NCBI RefSeq assembly: GCF_018977255.1
Contig: NW_024704743.1
Location: forward strand, 23,686,001 to 23,750,000
Source: Callorhinchus milii
Taxonomy: Eukaryota
Length of the DNA: 64,000 nucleotides
Reading direction: 5' to 3'
Shown: positions 49,283 to 62,698 of the stretch, piece after piece
How the letters are laid out: the number at the start of each line of letters is the position of its first letter
Numbering within the stretch: the first letter of the stretch is position 1
Position numbers and translations under genes: made by a program
The notes under the pieces: generated by a model
Seen by the model: only the letters and a program-made list of their open reading frames with translations
Database searches by the model: none
What the model was told of the DNA's origin: nothing

Positions 49283-51799
49283 ATGTATCCATTGGGCCAA
49301 AGGAACAGCAAAGTGTCCTGTAAAAAAAGGAGGTGGAAAAAACAAAATTCACATAAATCTTTTACAAGATGACATTGGAAAAGTTAATGCTGGAGCAAAA
49401 ATGCCTCTCACGAACACTGCCTGAACTTGTGTTTTCAGAGTAGCAGAGCTGAGCCATGTCGGGTGAGAACACCCAGTGAGGCCACGCACCCCTTTTACTG
49501 TGCTGAGTTGGGCAGCTTCACTGATTGAAAATGCAGTTCATTACCAGCATTCAGTAAAACAGACACAGAAAGAGGGAGGAAAAATATCATGTCAATTTCT
49601 GACAAGTTGTAATGATTTGAGTGTGTGTTGCATCAGTCACACCTAATTTAAAATTACATCTATTTATTCATGTAGATAAGAGTTGGGCAACTTGAAAATG
49701 TTGTCCGACATTGCTGTCTTAAATAGTGTCTGGATATCCAGTGAACTGAGACCATCTAAATAGGATATTACTGCTCAGACAAACTGCACATGTCAGCAGA
49801 ATATTGATCAGTAATTGTATTGAGAAAGTACCAATCCTTCTACCCGGCAGAGAAACTATGAACAACCACTTCAAAAATAAGCTGACACCAGTCCACCGAG
49901 TATTCACATGACATCACTTGCAGTCTGTCGTGCCCTACCTTCTCACTGGTCATGATTAGTTGACTCAGCACAGCCTAGGATCAACCCTGGGACTTTTCTG
50001 GTTTGTTTGCCTTAATTAAACCATCAACGGTTGAGCGAAAATTATATTCAAAGATTAACTTTTTTAAGCAGTGTATTTCAGTTTGCATCATCCCACTACA
50101 TATTTTGGGAATCGTAAGAGAACCATGGATATGGATAGGGGGTACTTGCTCGGCCTGTCTCCTCTCTCCTCATTGCAAGTAGGAGGCGGATTCTGCCCAT
50201 GTTCTCTTAAAGCCTTGTCCTTGCTTATTCCAAACCTGTCTCTTTATTGATGCAGCAATGATCTCCCACTGAGATTGATGGTGTCTGGAATGGTATTGCT
50301 TTGGTACACATTGCAATGAGTAAAAATTGCAGCATTTCATAATGCATTCGATGTGATCAACTCTTATGAAATATCACAAATTTCACCCACTGTAATTTGT
50401 ACCAAGGCAATAAATATCCAGTGCCTTGGAACTGCACAGAATCGCGGATATCTATGTGCAGACAGTGTCTCATAATTTGTAAGTTGCAAATTGGGTAAAT
50501 ATGGAGAGAGGGTAAATCACAAGGAGCGTACTTGTGCATCATTTTGAACAAGCAACATAATGAATAGAACCAATTTCTTGCTTTTATAAAAAGTATCCAG
50601 TTTAAAAGCAATATACTTGGGAATGGATTGCAGTAAGCTAGGCGATGTCTGTGCTGTTCTTTATGGTGTCAATGTTCTATTGCAGTGACTTGTCTTGTTT
50701 TCTATATCTGGGGAAAAAAATACCATTACTGATGTCTCCACTGCTTTCATGAGGAATGTCTGGAAATTCAGCTAAGACAGAGACATCAGCAACAGAACAA
50801 TAGCACCACCTTAGATAGCTTCATCTTACCATTATGTCTACCTACCTTTTCTTAGTTTTATGAGGCATAAATATATATCATGCTGCACAAGTAGCTTTGT
50901 ACAGACAACCCCATGTGATTTGGTGATTTGCAGATAGGTTTTCAAGGTTTGTTCTGCATTCAAGGTTTGCGGAGTAAGGGGTAGACAGTGAAACCAGTAG
51001 GCTTGTTGACCATCAAGCACCATTGACCATGATATAGATGGTGGCAGGCTGAAGGTATTACATTGCTACTGTATTTTATTGGGTCAGCGCCCAAAAGTGA
51101 AATAAAAAATGGGATTCTTGCCTTAAACTAATGAAGCCTTAAAAGGATTCTTTAGAAATATTCATTTGGTTATAGATTCCCAGGACAATTGCTCCATACT
51201 CAGTAATGTGACATGGTCCCCAGTTTTGAAATCTGGCACACATCTGTTACTCTCATACCCAAGCAACTTTACCAATAAGGATACATCTTATTCTGCATTG
51301 TACAGCTTGTTTTGTCTCCTGAATTTAGAAAGAATGCCCACCTCCTGTACTTTACTAAAGTCTCAGCTGTTTCAGAAGGAAAGTTTATTCAAAATATTTG
51401 CCCCCCAAAACTGAAACTGCAAATCAATTATAACAACGTATTCACCAGCCTAAAACTGCTGATGGAGAAAATTTCAGATAATTAGCTAAATAGACACCAA
51501 TTGGTATAAGCACAGTGCAGTCGCCTAACAACTGGAATTCAACCTTTCAGATTTTCTGCTACATTGGACTGATGTTGTCTTAAAAAAACAAGGTTGTTTG
51601 AACAACACACAAATTTCATAAAAGTGGAGCAAATAGGTAAACGTTCGGGAGAACTCAATTCATCAATCCGCAGCCAATTATTTCACATGCAAATCTGTTA
51701 GATTTTTATTTAATATGATAAAAGACCATGTTTCCTATTGCTATGCACAGCACGTGAAAGATAACATGCTGTAGCTTTGTGTGTATTAGTGCAATGTGC

Positions 51800-52170
51800 T
51801 TGGTGATTTGATCCCTGGTCTCAGTCCCCCAGGGTTGGAGAAGGGTAAGATTCCTTCTCTGGAATGTAGTGTAGATGTGCTGGAAGTGTATGTGTATGGG
51901 TGTCAGGTGAGGAGAGGATCATGCTTTGCTGCAATAGCCTCAATAGACAAGTGGGACTCCCAACTATCACCATGCAGGCTTGTACTTGATAAATAGTCAC
52001 ATGGTACAAGACACCACAATGCCTTTCAAATGGAACCTGAGAACAATAATATAAAAATAATAATAATTCTTGCGTTTGATATAGCGCCTTATCATGTCTT
52101 CAAGCCGTCTCAAAGCGCTTCATAGAATATACTGTAATGTAAATTGATGTATATTTTGTGGGTGATACGT
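51800..52170. mobile_element. LF-SINE-like copy (+, about 51800-52015) followed by a SINE tail (-, about 52055-52170)
   Basis: tgctggaagtgtatgtgtatgggtgtcaggtgaggagaggatc block; reverse-complement SINE tail. Confidence 0.6.
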
Positions 52171-54299
52171 GTGGGAAAAACAATGTGGCACCTTAAGGAG
52201 AGAAGAAAGAATGGAGCTTCACAGATATAAAATCATCAGCTGAAATAGTAGTCTCACCATTTACAGTGACTGCAAAACACTGCTCCCCAATACAACATAA
52301 AAAGCTTGGGCTCCAGAAGAGAGTCCCAGATTGATGTCCTTTCCTACCTCCTTTCCTACCTCAGCTTCTCTTGGCAACTCCAGAATTATTTCTCCGCCAT
52401 TGACTCACACCAAGCTTCTTAGTCAGAGACCCTGAACTTTCGAAGCAATGTTTAGATCCTCGAGGCATCAATTGTGAAAGTTCACTGGATGGCATGTCAA
52501 GATACTCCCCCATCATCTGGTCATATCTGGCCAAACGGATCCTTATGACTTTCCATGACACTCCAAAGTCCCAGATCATTGCACAAATCTTTCGATTAGC
52601 CTCTCAAAGCTTCCCCATTAGACAGTTTCTGTTATCTCTCATGGAGAGCACTTGAGGGTTCTATGGATCAATCATCAGGACTTCCGTTGTCAGATGTACA
52701 CTCATTACATTCTCCATTAGTTACATGCATGTCTCTGGAGAATACCACAATACTTCCTACATTAGAGCTGAAGGCTGTAGCTTCCCCACTTCCCCAATTA
52801 TCCCGAAGGGCCCAGCATATTTGATGTTGCCATGTTTGCTTGGTTATATTAACAAGAAAGTCCAAGATCAGTTTTTATCCTGCTGGAAGCAAAGCGTAAT
52901 TGGTTTTAGCAGGAAAGCAATAAAGAATGAAACACCTTATTTATATTAGTTGCTTGTAATTATATTAGCGAGAGGTTGAGGAGAGATGTGAGTAGGTGCA
53001 ACTCTGCATGTTCACTGCTCTCTGACACTGAGTGTAATTTTTGAATACAATTGTGAAGAGGCAGTCACCTGACTATTGGAGAGCTGAATAACTTTTAAGG
53101 GAACGAATCTGAGTGGAACCCGAATTGATTACCGCCCGCTACACTCCCACTACAGCAGTGTGAATCCGTGTAGTGTGCTGCTGAACCACCCCCTCAGCGC
53201 TTCCCTCGACACTTGGGTTATAGAGCAATTTGCTTTCGGATTGCGTTGCTTAAGCATTCATCTCATCTTGATTTTCACAGCGAATCACTACAAACAGCAC
53301 AGTTTAAAAAAAACAGACGTTAACTGCTCCATCTTGTGCTTGGTTTTGGCATCAGCACGTTTGTGTGGCGTAATGCTTTGATACTGTCCGTTGATAAAAA
53401 AAATCCTTTTTTCAGGAAATATCTGAAAATGAAATAAATATACAGCTCAGCAATAGACAACAAAAAACGATGCAGCAATCGGAAATTGTTTGCTGAATGA
53501 CTTGTTGTGCTTCACACTGGCCACTTAGGAAGGAAATGAGGGAAGTGGTTGGAAACGTGATATTAAAATTGTGCGATCTAATTGCTTGTTCAGTAGCGGC
53601 TCTTCATTCAATAATTAAACCACTGCTGCCTTGCAGAATGCAGCTGCTATTTAAACAGGCCAACCCCACCCCTCCTGTTTGTGAGATGTGTAAGGCCGGG
53701 TGACTGAGGTGCTGGCCAGAGACACAACACTAATGTGTTGGCAGCCGGGGCATTGAGCCTGCGGTTTCCTTTTTTGAAACATCTGTTTGCACAGCAGCTC
53801 CATGATTTAAATAGGCTGCAAATCACGCTGCTGCTCAAGGTCTCCAGCTCACTGATTCCTGTAGAACTCAGCGGGGGATTATTGAAGACAATCTGTTGAA
53901 GGATAGCTCTGCCAGACACAACTGATTGTGATTATGGCAGTGTTCAGTTCAATACTACAAGTAGCACATGCAAGTTATAAAAATAATAAAAAAACTTGTA
54001 TTTTGATATTGGGTCTTATTACTTCAAACGTGTGTGTGTGTGTAGTGGGGGTTAACTTACCCTGATTGCTAATGGGGAAGGGAGGGGGAGGGTCTGATTA
54101 TAGAGACCTCATGAAAGATTGTTAATTTTTTAGTGATCGGTGTAAGTTAGACTCCAATTAGTTACTTTTTGAAGTATATCGAGTTTTGTTAGGTGAGCAA
54201 ACAAGTCACCTAATCTGTGCCAACAATGTCCCTCCACAAATGAATGACAGGTTGAGCTGTTTTATGGCGAATTTAGTTGAGGGTGTACTTACGACCAGG

Positions 54300-54560
54300 A
54301 TATCTAGGAGATTGCTTTTTTATGCATCAAGCCAGCAGAACAAGAGGTCACAGGGTGAAGATTGCAAAGGGAAATTTCACAAGACACTAGGAAGTATTTA
54401 ACAACTGGAACAGGTTATCATGAAGTGTGGTTGAAACCAGGATGCAGGACTCATTTTAAAAAAAAGCTTGATGCTGTAATAGAAGAACGGGTATTCAGGA
54501 AGGATGAGATCAAATGGGTCAAAAGGTCTCTTCATCGAACCTCTCTTGCGATCTGTTGAA
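54300..54560 (+). mobile_element. CR1 3' fragment
   Basis: SRTRGHRVK and FKKKLD frames; atgggtcaaaaggtctcttc terminus. Confidence 0.7.
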
Positions 54561-55663
54561 TGTACCTGTTCTTTCTCTTGCTATCCAATATAAACTAAGA
54601 TCTCCTGTGGATACCCTGTCTTGTGATATGATCTGGCTGAGCATTCTGGTGATACTCTGTTGCGTTGTTTTACTCAGCAAAATAACAGAAAGTAGCACTG
54701 GATTTGAAAGACAACTTCTGCAACATCCAATGTATTGACAGTGTTGCTGTTTATACCAGATAATAAGTTATGGATATGATAACTTTACAAACTCAGCATT
54801 ATTTTCTGGGCAGAAATACAACAAGAAACAGTTCTATTATATATCTGTCTGTGTGTTTCTCTACAATTCCTTCCATCTGTCTCTCCCAGATTCTCCATAT
54901 TTTTTTCGCTCTGTGCTTGTTTGTATCAATAGCCTTTAGACCACAGAATACCTTCCTTCTAACAACAGGGGTATTATTGATCCATAATCATAGATATGAC
55001 TCTCATAACATTTCAGTAAACCTAACTGAAGAGATGTTTTTAAACAGAATGCTCTTGGTAAGAGCACATTGTCATTGCTTCTTGATGTACTATTACAGTG
55101 TGTCAGACTGTGCAGTGTATGCTGCACTGCTTGCTCTCGTCTTGGTCTTACCATTGAACATCCCAATGACTGATGCCCTTGATGAGAACATAACACTTTC
55201 AAAGCTTCCAATTTTGTGCTTGAAACATTGAAACATCATGTAAAGTTTAGGAACATAATTGCTCTCTTAAAGAACTGGAGCTCATTAAAATAAATCTCAT
55301 GTGTTCTGAGGGAAATAATCTTTTTTGTCAGTATAATTTTCTTTTCTGGCACAGCTAATCATTAGTATGTACAATGTTAATTGTAAATTTATTCTTTCAT
55401 TGGGTGAAATAAACCACTTTCTCTACTCAGTTACTTTTCATAGCGGAAACCTGCAAGAATTAAATTATAAACAGGTCTTGTTAGGGATTTTCCAGGTTGC
55501 TTTAACTCTTAACATCCTATCTGTATGTGTATGGTAACTAAATGTTGTATTCTGCTTTACTCTTTAAATTGGTTGTGCAGAAGGTACTGATTCCTGCCAC
55601 AGATGGTAAGAGTTCAGAGGTAACAGATGCCGTTTTATTGGAATGGTCTCACTTACTGACTGT

Positions 55664-55948
55664 GGAGTCCTGTATCTCAGTGGTTAGAGCACTCGCTTCG
55701 CAAACTGGGTTCGATTCCCAGCAGGGTGAAACCTTGGGCAAGTTTCCTTACTCCACATGCCTGATAATAATCCCTCAAGTAAAAAATAATAAATTGGTCA
55801 ATTCAATCCACGACTGTTTTTGGATTACTGCTGTGCGCAATTTGGCTACCGTGTTTCGCCCACAAATATAGTCAATTCACTTTACAGTATATTCCATGAA
55901 GCGCTTTGAGAAGACGTAAAAAGCGCTATAGCAAATGCAAGACTTATT
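55664..55948 (+). mobile_element. tRNA-derived SINE, short subfamily
   Basis: GGAGTCCTGTA head, gggcaagtttccttactccac, tail aaaagcgctata. Confidence 0.9.
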
Positions 55949-56214
55949 ACTCCGAGTTTACCAATCGCCGCTATTACCCTATTACCGCTTTATCTCCTTA
56001 CACAAAATTGATTCTTGTTCAACTGCTATTTGGAGCCACTACCTCTAACTTTGCTTTGGCTCATCAAAGAACAAAGCAACCAATGAATGAATCTGGTTAT
56101 CAAGCTCACCACTGCCTTCCTCCACAGCCAGGCTCTACCCACACTATTATCAACTAGCCTATCAACAATTGTATTATCCAAGAGAAAATGTTTTACAGAT
56201 ACCCTTGACACCTA

Positions 56215-56590
56215 AAGGTGCATTCCTTCATTTGAGATGTGAAACCGAGGTCCTGTCTGCCTATTCAGGTTAAAGATCCCATGGCATTATTCGAAAAAGA
56301 AGATCTTTCTCCTGGTGCCCTGGCCAACAATCCCAACAACTTCCCAAATAAAATTGGTCATTCACCTTCATGGCTCTTTGTGGGTCACTGCTGTTCGCTA
56401 ACTGGCTGGCACAGGAATTTTTATTATTAAGTTAGCCTGCCCAACATTAGCTGTCCATCCTCACATATAAAGCACGGTCATTTCAGTAAGGAACTGGTAG
56501 CCTACTGATGCCTGCAGAATAGGTATAAAAGCACAAACAAGTACTTCCAGGACAGAAAGAGGAGAATAATTTACAAAGAGAAACATAAAA
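56215..56590 (+). mobile_element. DeuSINE fragment (56215-56410) followed by an LF-SINE-like 3' half (about 56432-56590)
   Basis: aaaccgaggtcctgtctgcctattcagg...aaagatcccatggcattattcgaa; then tagcctgccc...cctcacatataaagcacggtcatt. Confidence 0.65.
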
Positions 56591-57236
56591 CCCAGCTATA
56601 AACCTGTTTTGGTTATCTTGAACTCAAAATTATTTGTGCAGCTGGTGCCAAGTGAGATAAAGTAATGTTGTCATATTCTAGTGCGATACAATATTTATCA
56701 CCATGTCCTTAGTCATATAAAGTGGTTAGTGTCAGTCTCTTTGTTGACTGAGCTAAATCTACTTGATAAATGAACCATCAATATTCCAGCCTATTTACAA
56801 GTACAGTAGTCACTGCGCTGTTGGCCAATTTTATGGAAAATGAATTGTCTACAAATCTTTTGGTTTATTGATTAATTCAAGAATTCCTCAGCAACTAGCA
56901 TCAACATGAATCCAAAAAACTGAAGGCTGTATCTGTCCATTGGTTCAGTGCCTAGTTTTTTCAGCATCGCTGGGTAAGAAAAAAACAGCAATTTGTTTCT
57001 CTGAAAAGATTTCAAATATTCTGAGATGAACAAGTCTTGTCAGCAAGTCCCCAAACTTATCAAAATAGCGATGGGATTGAAACGGGTCCGTGATTGAGAA
57101 CTTCTACGTTTGTGGTGGGAAATTCCACATAGGAGAGAAAGAGAAGCAGAAGGAGCTGCTGTGAATGAAGCTCTCTTCCCCCACCACCCTGACACACAAA
57201 TACAAGCTTATATTCTCCACTACAATTAGTTACCAA

Positions 57237-57590
57237 GGGACAGCCCGGATGGTGTAATGGATAGAGCTGTAGCTTGTGCCCCAGGAGCTAGGTGTTTCGA
57301 ATCCAGGTACATGCTGAGTTTGCTGGTCTCAGCCAGGGCTGTATCAGGAGGTTTAATTGATGCTGGTTAGTAGGTAGGATGAAATCAGCCAAAGTTGCTG
57401 CTTCTCATTCTTCTTCAGAACCCTCTACTGGGCAGTGTGTGACTGCTGGGTGAGGGGTGGTCAGGCTCGGCTGTGATGATCACTATAGTTGAGTGGTTTG
57501 CTGATACTCAGTGCTGATGTTAATACATGAACAATGGTTATCTCAACAAGGGCAACCCTCCCCTGTGGAACAGTACCCAAACGTAACACG
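57237..57590 (+). mobile_element. Near full-length LF-SINE-like copy
   Basis: tRNA-like head (ggtgtaatggatagagc...ttcgaatcc), tgctgagtttgctggtctcagccaggg, aaatcagcca, ggctcggctgtgatg. Confidence 0.7.
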
Positions 57591-58519
57591 AGGTCTCCCA
57601 TCATGGATTGCACTTCACCAAAATCATGTGCGGAGATTTCCAGCAGCGATCACTGGACGGTGATCGGGAGTGATCAGCTTGACTGCTTCTATACCCTCCC
57701 TTTGTCATAAATGTGTAGGATGTATATCTAGGATATAGGATACATATTGTTTGCTAATGGTAGCAAATGTTCCACATTCAGTGGGAAATGTCATTTTAAG
57801 TGCAAAGAGAAGTTTACAAGTTGTTAGCAAACAGTGTGTCTTAGCCTCCCCCCACCCCCCCGCTCTCTCAAATGCAGTGAATTATAACAGGCCCAACCGT
57901 CCTCAAGATCAGCTGGCTCAGTGCTGATCATGAACTCTGGACTTGATATCATTTAGAGCTGTGTGATGTTGTTTGCTGCTTTTTTGCTGCAGAAAGAGTG
58001 AGTAGCCATCACCATTCCCGAGCGGCTAAAACATATCATCTCATTGCATTAACAGAACAGACAGCACCTCTGCTCCAGTCTGCCAGCCACATTGCGTGAT
58101 AAATCTGTCACTGCAGCAAACCAGTTTTAAGAATCGTTCGACACCGACTAACCTGACAGATTGTTTATTACACACGAGTCAACATAGTTAGAAAATCATT
58201 TTTTTTCCAGGAGAAATTGGGCAACGATGCAAAACAAATTGTGTTTACATTTAGTGCGGGGAAAGACTGAGCCAAAGAGCTGTGTGACTGGAGCAGCTCT
58301 GCCACATCAGGCATCAAAACATCTCCGTTAGTGAAGTGTGGCTTTGAATGGAGTTAGATTGCTTCTGGCTCAAACTGGGGAAATGCAATCCGTACCTTCA
58401 TTTTACTTTTCTCGGGGATTACGGGAGCAATTTATTTTACGGGAAGTTATTTTTTCTTCTTCTTTTGTATGGATTAAGGTTGCGTTTATCCAAAGGCCAC
58501 CAAGGGGGGAGCATTGCTG

Positions 58520-58950
58520 TCTGGCCAGTCATGCTTCCGTGTTCCCAGCATTGAGCGCCAGAAATTAACTGGACAAAAAGCATTGTGTGGAGCTGGGAGT
58601 CTGATATTGGATCTTCCGGTGCTCACACACGGTTTCCGCGTCCCTCTCACAATTAGCATTGCCCAGCTGTGCTGTGCTCCTTGCAGGAAATTCCTGGTGT
58701 CTGCCATCCACCAAGTGAGGGCTCAAATCCATGCTTGCCAAATGTCCAATGACAAACAGGTGACTATCCTCTGAGGAGTGGTGATGGGGGAAGTTAAGCA
58801 GGATCTTCTTGGAGCTGAGCTGGCTCCAAGGTGAAGTGCTTGGCAACAGAATGTCCGAATCGTGTCAATCCTCTGTGGTAGTTTGCATATTCCTAAGCAT
58901 GGTGATGGGTTGCCACAAGATGCTGGACATCTGGCTGAGCAAAGAAAAAC
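58520..58950 (+). mobile_element. Unclassified A-tailed repeat family copy with a large internal deletion
   Basis: atccaccaagtgagggctcaaatccatgcttg...caggatcttcttggagctgagctggctccaa matches 13840-13917, then jumps to the terminal block; ends ggctgagcaaagaaaaa. Confidence 0.72.
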
Positions 58951-60559
58951 TTAACCTTACAAAACCTTTCTAAAAATGTGCCTGTTTTTTAGTCATCTCC
59001 CACACAATCTCCCACCTTCCTCAGGTTCTCACTAAAATCCTGTGAATTACTTTGACTATGTGTAAGGTGCTATGTAACCATAACTTATTGTTGATTCCTG
59101 CAGAAAACACAGCCCATTGTCGGGACATTTACCAGCCGTTATGCAGTTCAAGCTCTTTTTGAACCTCAAAGAGGAGTGTAGCACCACGGCTGTTAATGCT
59201 ATATTCCAGCTCAAAGTGCAGCACTACATCTTTTAGTGGAGTTTACGTCATGAAATGCTGGAATACAATAAATGGCAATCACTACTATAGTAGTTACTGG
59301 TTAACATTCCACTGCAAACCAAGCTTTTCCCAGCCCCCAAATCATTCTCATTACATTGAAATCACTCCTGATGTTTTTTGTTTACTGAGGACAAGTTGAT
59401 AAATGGAGGATACGTGTTGTGGAGCTGTGAATTCTCACATTATTCTGCAATAAACTTCCTCATTAATCCTCTATACCAGGCCCTCTGCTCTTCTGTGTGT
59501 TGCATTTCCAATTAAAAACATTGTTCACTTTCTCTTTAATTCTTTGTTGCCCCGATTGCAGTCAGTAACTGGATAGATGGTGTTTCAGTAACATCTGTCA
59601 ACATGGTTGAAATCTCATTCCCTTTTGTCAAGGATAGGAATAGAGATGTTGGAACGTTAGGTGAGAGAGATGGCTCAGTGTAAACACTGAGGCATAGGAG
59701 AGAGAGATCCAGATTCGTCGACCCCCCCCACCCCACCCTTCTGTCAGCTGAGGTCAGTCACTTTAGCAGTGTAGGTTAAACTGATTTATTAATTGTCCCT
59801 GCACCTGAGACTCAGGACCTACTCCTTCCCTCTTTCTTAAGACACCAACAACTTGTAATTATACAGAGCTCTTCTTGGAGCGCTTTCTCAAGACATCTCC
59901 TAGAACGTGACCATGGAGGGTGAAGATGGGCTGAGAACCCTTCCCTTTGAGAGGTAGCTGTCAACACCCAATGTTTGGACTCGCACACAAACGAAAGGCC
60001 ACTTGGGCATTTCTCTCCAATGTTCTCCCCTCTTCCTTTCTGATAGAGCACAGTTCAGTTATTTTGGTTATTGGGTGGTACCTTGTCCAAATGGACAGTC
60101 TTCATATGGGAGTATTGGCAGTGATGTCAGCACACTATTTGACCACTTGGGGTGGGTGGGTGGGAGGGAGAAATTGCAACCAAATCTGACCTTGTGTTTA
60201 GCTAATGATCATACAGTGAGGGTTGTCATTAGGAGCTGGAGCTCTGGCTGATCCTCCTCTCTCTAACCCGAGATGCTAGGATCAATTGTTGTGCCCCAAT
60301 TGCTTCCTCAGCTAAGATCAACAACTCAACACATTAGCTATCAACTTGGTGCCTTTTGTGTGACTCATCCACTGTACTCAACAGTTACACTCACTGAAGG
60401 AGCTACCGTCTTTTATTTTCAAAGTGCAGGCCTTGTTTTTTTAATGGGTGCATTTTGTAATTAATCTATTATAAAAGTATCATTATTTAAAACCTGTTTC
60501 TGCAGACCCATACAAAATAGAAGAGATGTGTTGCCTTGTTTTGCACCAGGACTATCGTG

Positions 60560-60850
60560 CAATAATAATAATAATTCTTATATTTGGTATACAGTACCTT
60601 AACATGTTGTCAAAACGGCTCAAAACTCTTCACAGGATTTATTATAAAATATAGCGATTGTATATCTGGGCAAATGCGGCAGCCAATTTGCACACGCTAA
60701 TGTCCCACAAACAGCAACAAAGTGAATGACCAAATTTATTTTGAGGATTGTTCATCAGGACACTGGGAGAAACTCTTCTCTTATTGAAAATGCCATGAGG
60801 AGTTTATTGTCCACCTGAACAGGAGCTCAGTTTAACTTCTCATCCAGGTT
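60560..60850 (-). mobile_element. DeuSINE-type copy
   Basis: Reverse-complement tail and Deu domain (caggacactgggaga...gtccacctgaacag...gtttaac..ctcatcc). Confidence 0.78.
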
Positions 60851-60957
60851 AAACACCAGTGGTGTAAAACCCACCATTAATTAGCTCTTTTTTTTAAAGT
60901 TTGAAATTGCAAGTAAGGTCACAAGCTGTCCACATTCTGCTTTACCGGAGGCTAAAT

Positions 60958-61330
60958 GGAATTGCGTAGCATAATGGTTAGAGCACTCACCTCGCAAGCG
61001 AGAGGACCCGGGCTCGATTCCCAGCAGGGCAAAACCTTAGGCAAGTTTCCTTACTCAACACATCTCTGTTTACCTGGCAATAAGTAGGAAGCTGGTTGTT
61101 AGCCGATTGGTGGATTGCTTTCTGGGGGTAATAATCCCTCCCCCCCAAAAAAAAATGATTTGGTCACTCAATTCACGATTGTTTGTGGGACACGACTGCT
61201 ATGTGCAATCGGCTGCAGTGCACATTTTGACCCACAAAATAGTCAAACTCACTTTACTATATTCTGTGAAGCTCTTTGAGACATCTCAATGACGTTATAA
61301 GGTGGTATATCAAATGCAAGAATTATTATA
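60958..61330 (+). mobile_element. Full-length tRNA-derived SINE, long subfamily
   Basis: Head with CTCAC-CTCGCAA-GCGAG arm, ctctgtttacctggcaataagtaggaa insert, tail. Confidence 0.9.
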
Positions 61331-62179
61331 ATATATATTACCAATGGTACAAAGCTATTTATCATCTCTTTTAAAAAATACAGTTCTCAGCTGCAGTGAT
61401 TGCTATCGAGAGCCCAGACATGGGTTTCCTCAGCCTGACCTCCATAGGCGGGGAAGTGGCGAGTAAAACCACAAACCCCCATTTGCATTAGAACAGTAAT
61501 AAACTGAGTGAAGCTTTGGAAAAAAGTGAAGCTTTGGACTGATTATCGTTAAACAACATATGCACTTATGTACACTGTATGTGCATAGCTCATCATGGAA
61601 TGTTTCAGCCCAGAAACAGCCCATTCTTATGTAACTCATCTCCAGCTCGCTCCACATATCTTGTAAAATTACTCTTCATCAACCATCTAATTTCTTTTTC
61701 AGTATAATTTATGGACTGATGCTTCCAACAAAAAACTGCACACAAAATTCTAGATTGCAACAAATATTTCCCCTTTAACCCCTTTAAGTGATTCTCTTAA
61801 ATTTGTGGCACACCCGTTCCCCTATCCCCATTCTCCCCTCGTCACTGAGGTTTTGAGGGAGGTGGGAAAGCTGGTTATGTGACTGAATTGGTGGAGGAGG
61901 AGGTCTCATTAATGAACCAGCCGGAATGTGGATTTAGAAACAAACAGCACAGAAAAAAAACAACAGGCTACGAAATGTGTCATGGCCTTTCCTATAAGCA
62001 GCAGGTGTTTTTATCATCTTATAAAAACCCATCGGGACCACTGCAATAATTGAATTAATTCTTGAGGCATTTGTAACGAGACAAAAACGGGATAGGGGCA
62101 TTGTTATGCAAAGACCTGCACTATTTTATTTTAACTCGTTATTTATAATTGGGAGTCCCCTGCTTGCTTTAAAATTAAC

Positions 62180-62698
62180 AGTCCACGATTTTTCTCATGA
62201 AAGCTATCACTTTGTTTCAGTAAACAACAGCTCCGGTTGTTCAAAAAGAAGCCAGCAACAGATTCTTTGCCCAGAGGGGGTCTTTTGATATGGAAGTGCT
62301 TTCAGCAGCGTGTGAAGAAAGTGGTTGCACCGTAGGGCTGTTCATCAGTTCGTATCTCAATACATTATATAAATGGGATAACCTGATTTCTGGCAGATCC
62401 CTCCTTCCAAATTATTAAGTCTTAATTGTAGGATCTTGCCTGATGTTGATGTTTATCTCAGTACAATATTTACTTTCCTCAAATTATTTTCCAAAACGGT
62501 TTGAATGATGTGAAACAGTTTAAACAGAATGTAATTTTTATTACTAATCACCAAATAATGGAAAGCTTCTTGCTATAAATACGTAGCAATAAATGCCTGT
62601 GCAGAATAACCACAATGTGGAAACCCCAAACCTACAAATCCATAATTGTTCTCATGAAAGCTATCACTTTGTCTCATTGAACAACAGCTCCGACTGTG
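62180..62698 (+). repeat. Dispersed direct repeat of about 50-60 bp (62192-62240 and 62649-62697)
   Basis: ttctcatgaaagctatcactttgt(t/c)tca(g/t)t(a/g)aacaacagctccg occurs twice, 457 bp apart. Confidence 0.85.

Noticed and set aside
52350..52860. Possible Gypsy integrase C-terminal relic
   Set aside because: Only a vague LRRSxR-like ending; no convincing motif.
54770..55231. 153-aa hydrophobic ORF
   Set aside because: T-rich intronic composition yields hydrophobic residues; no homology or exon signals.
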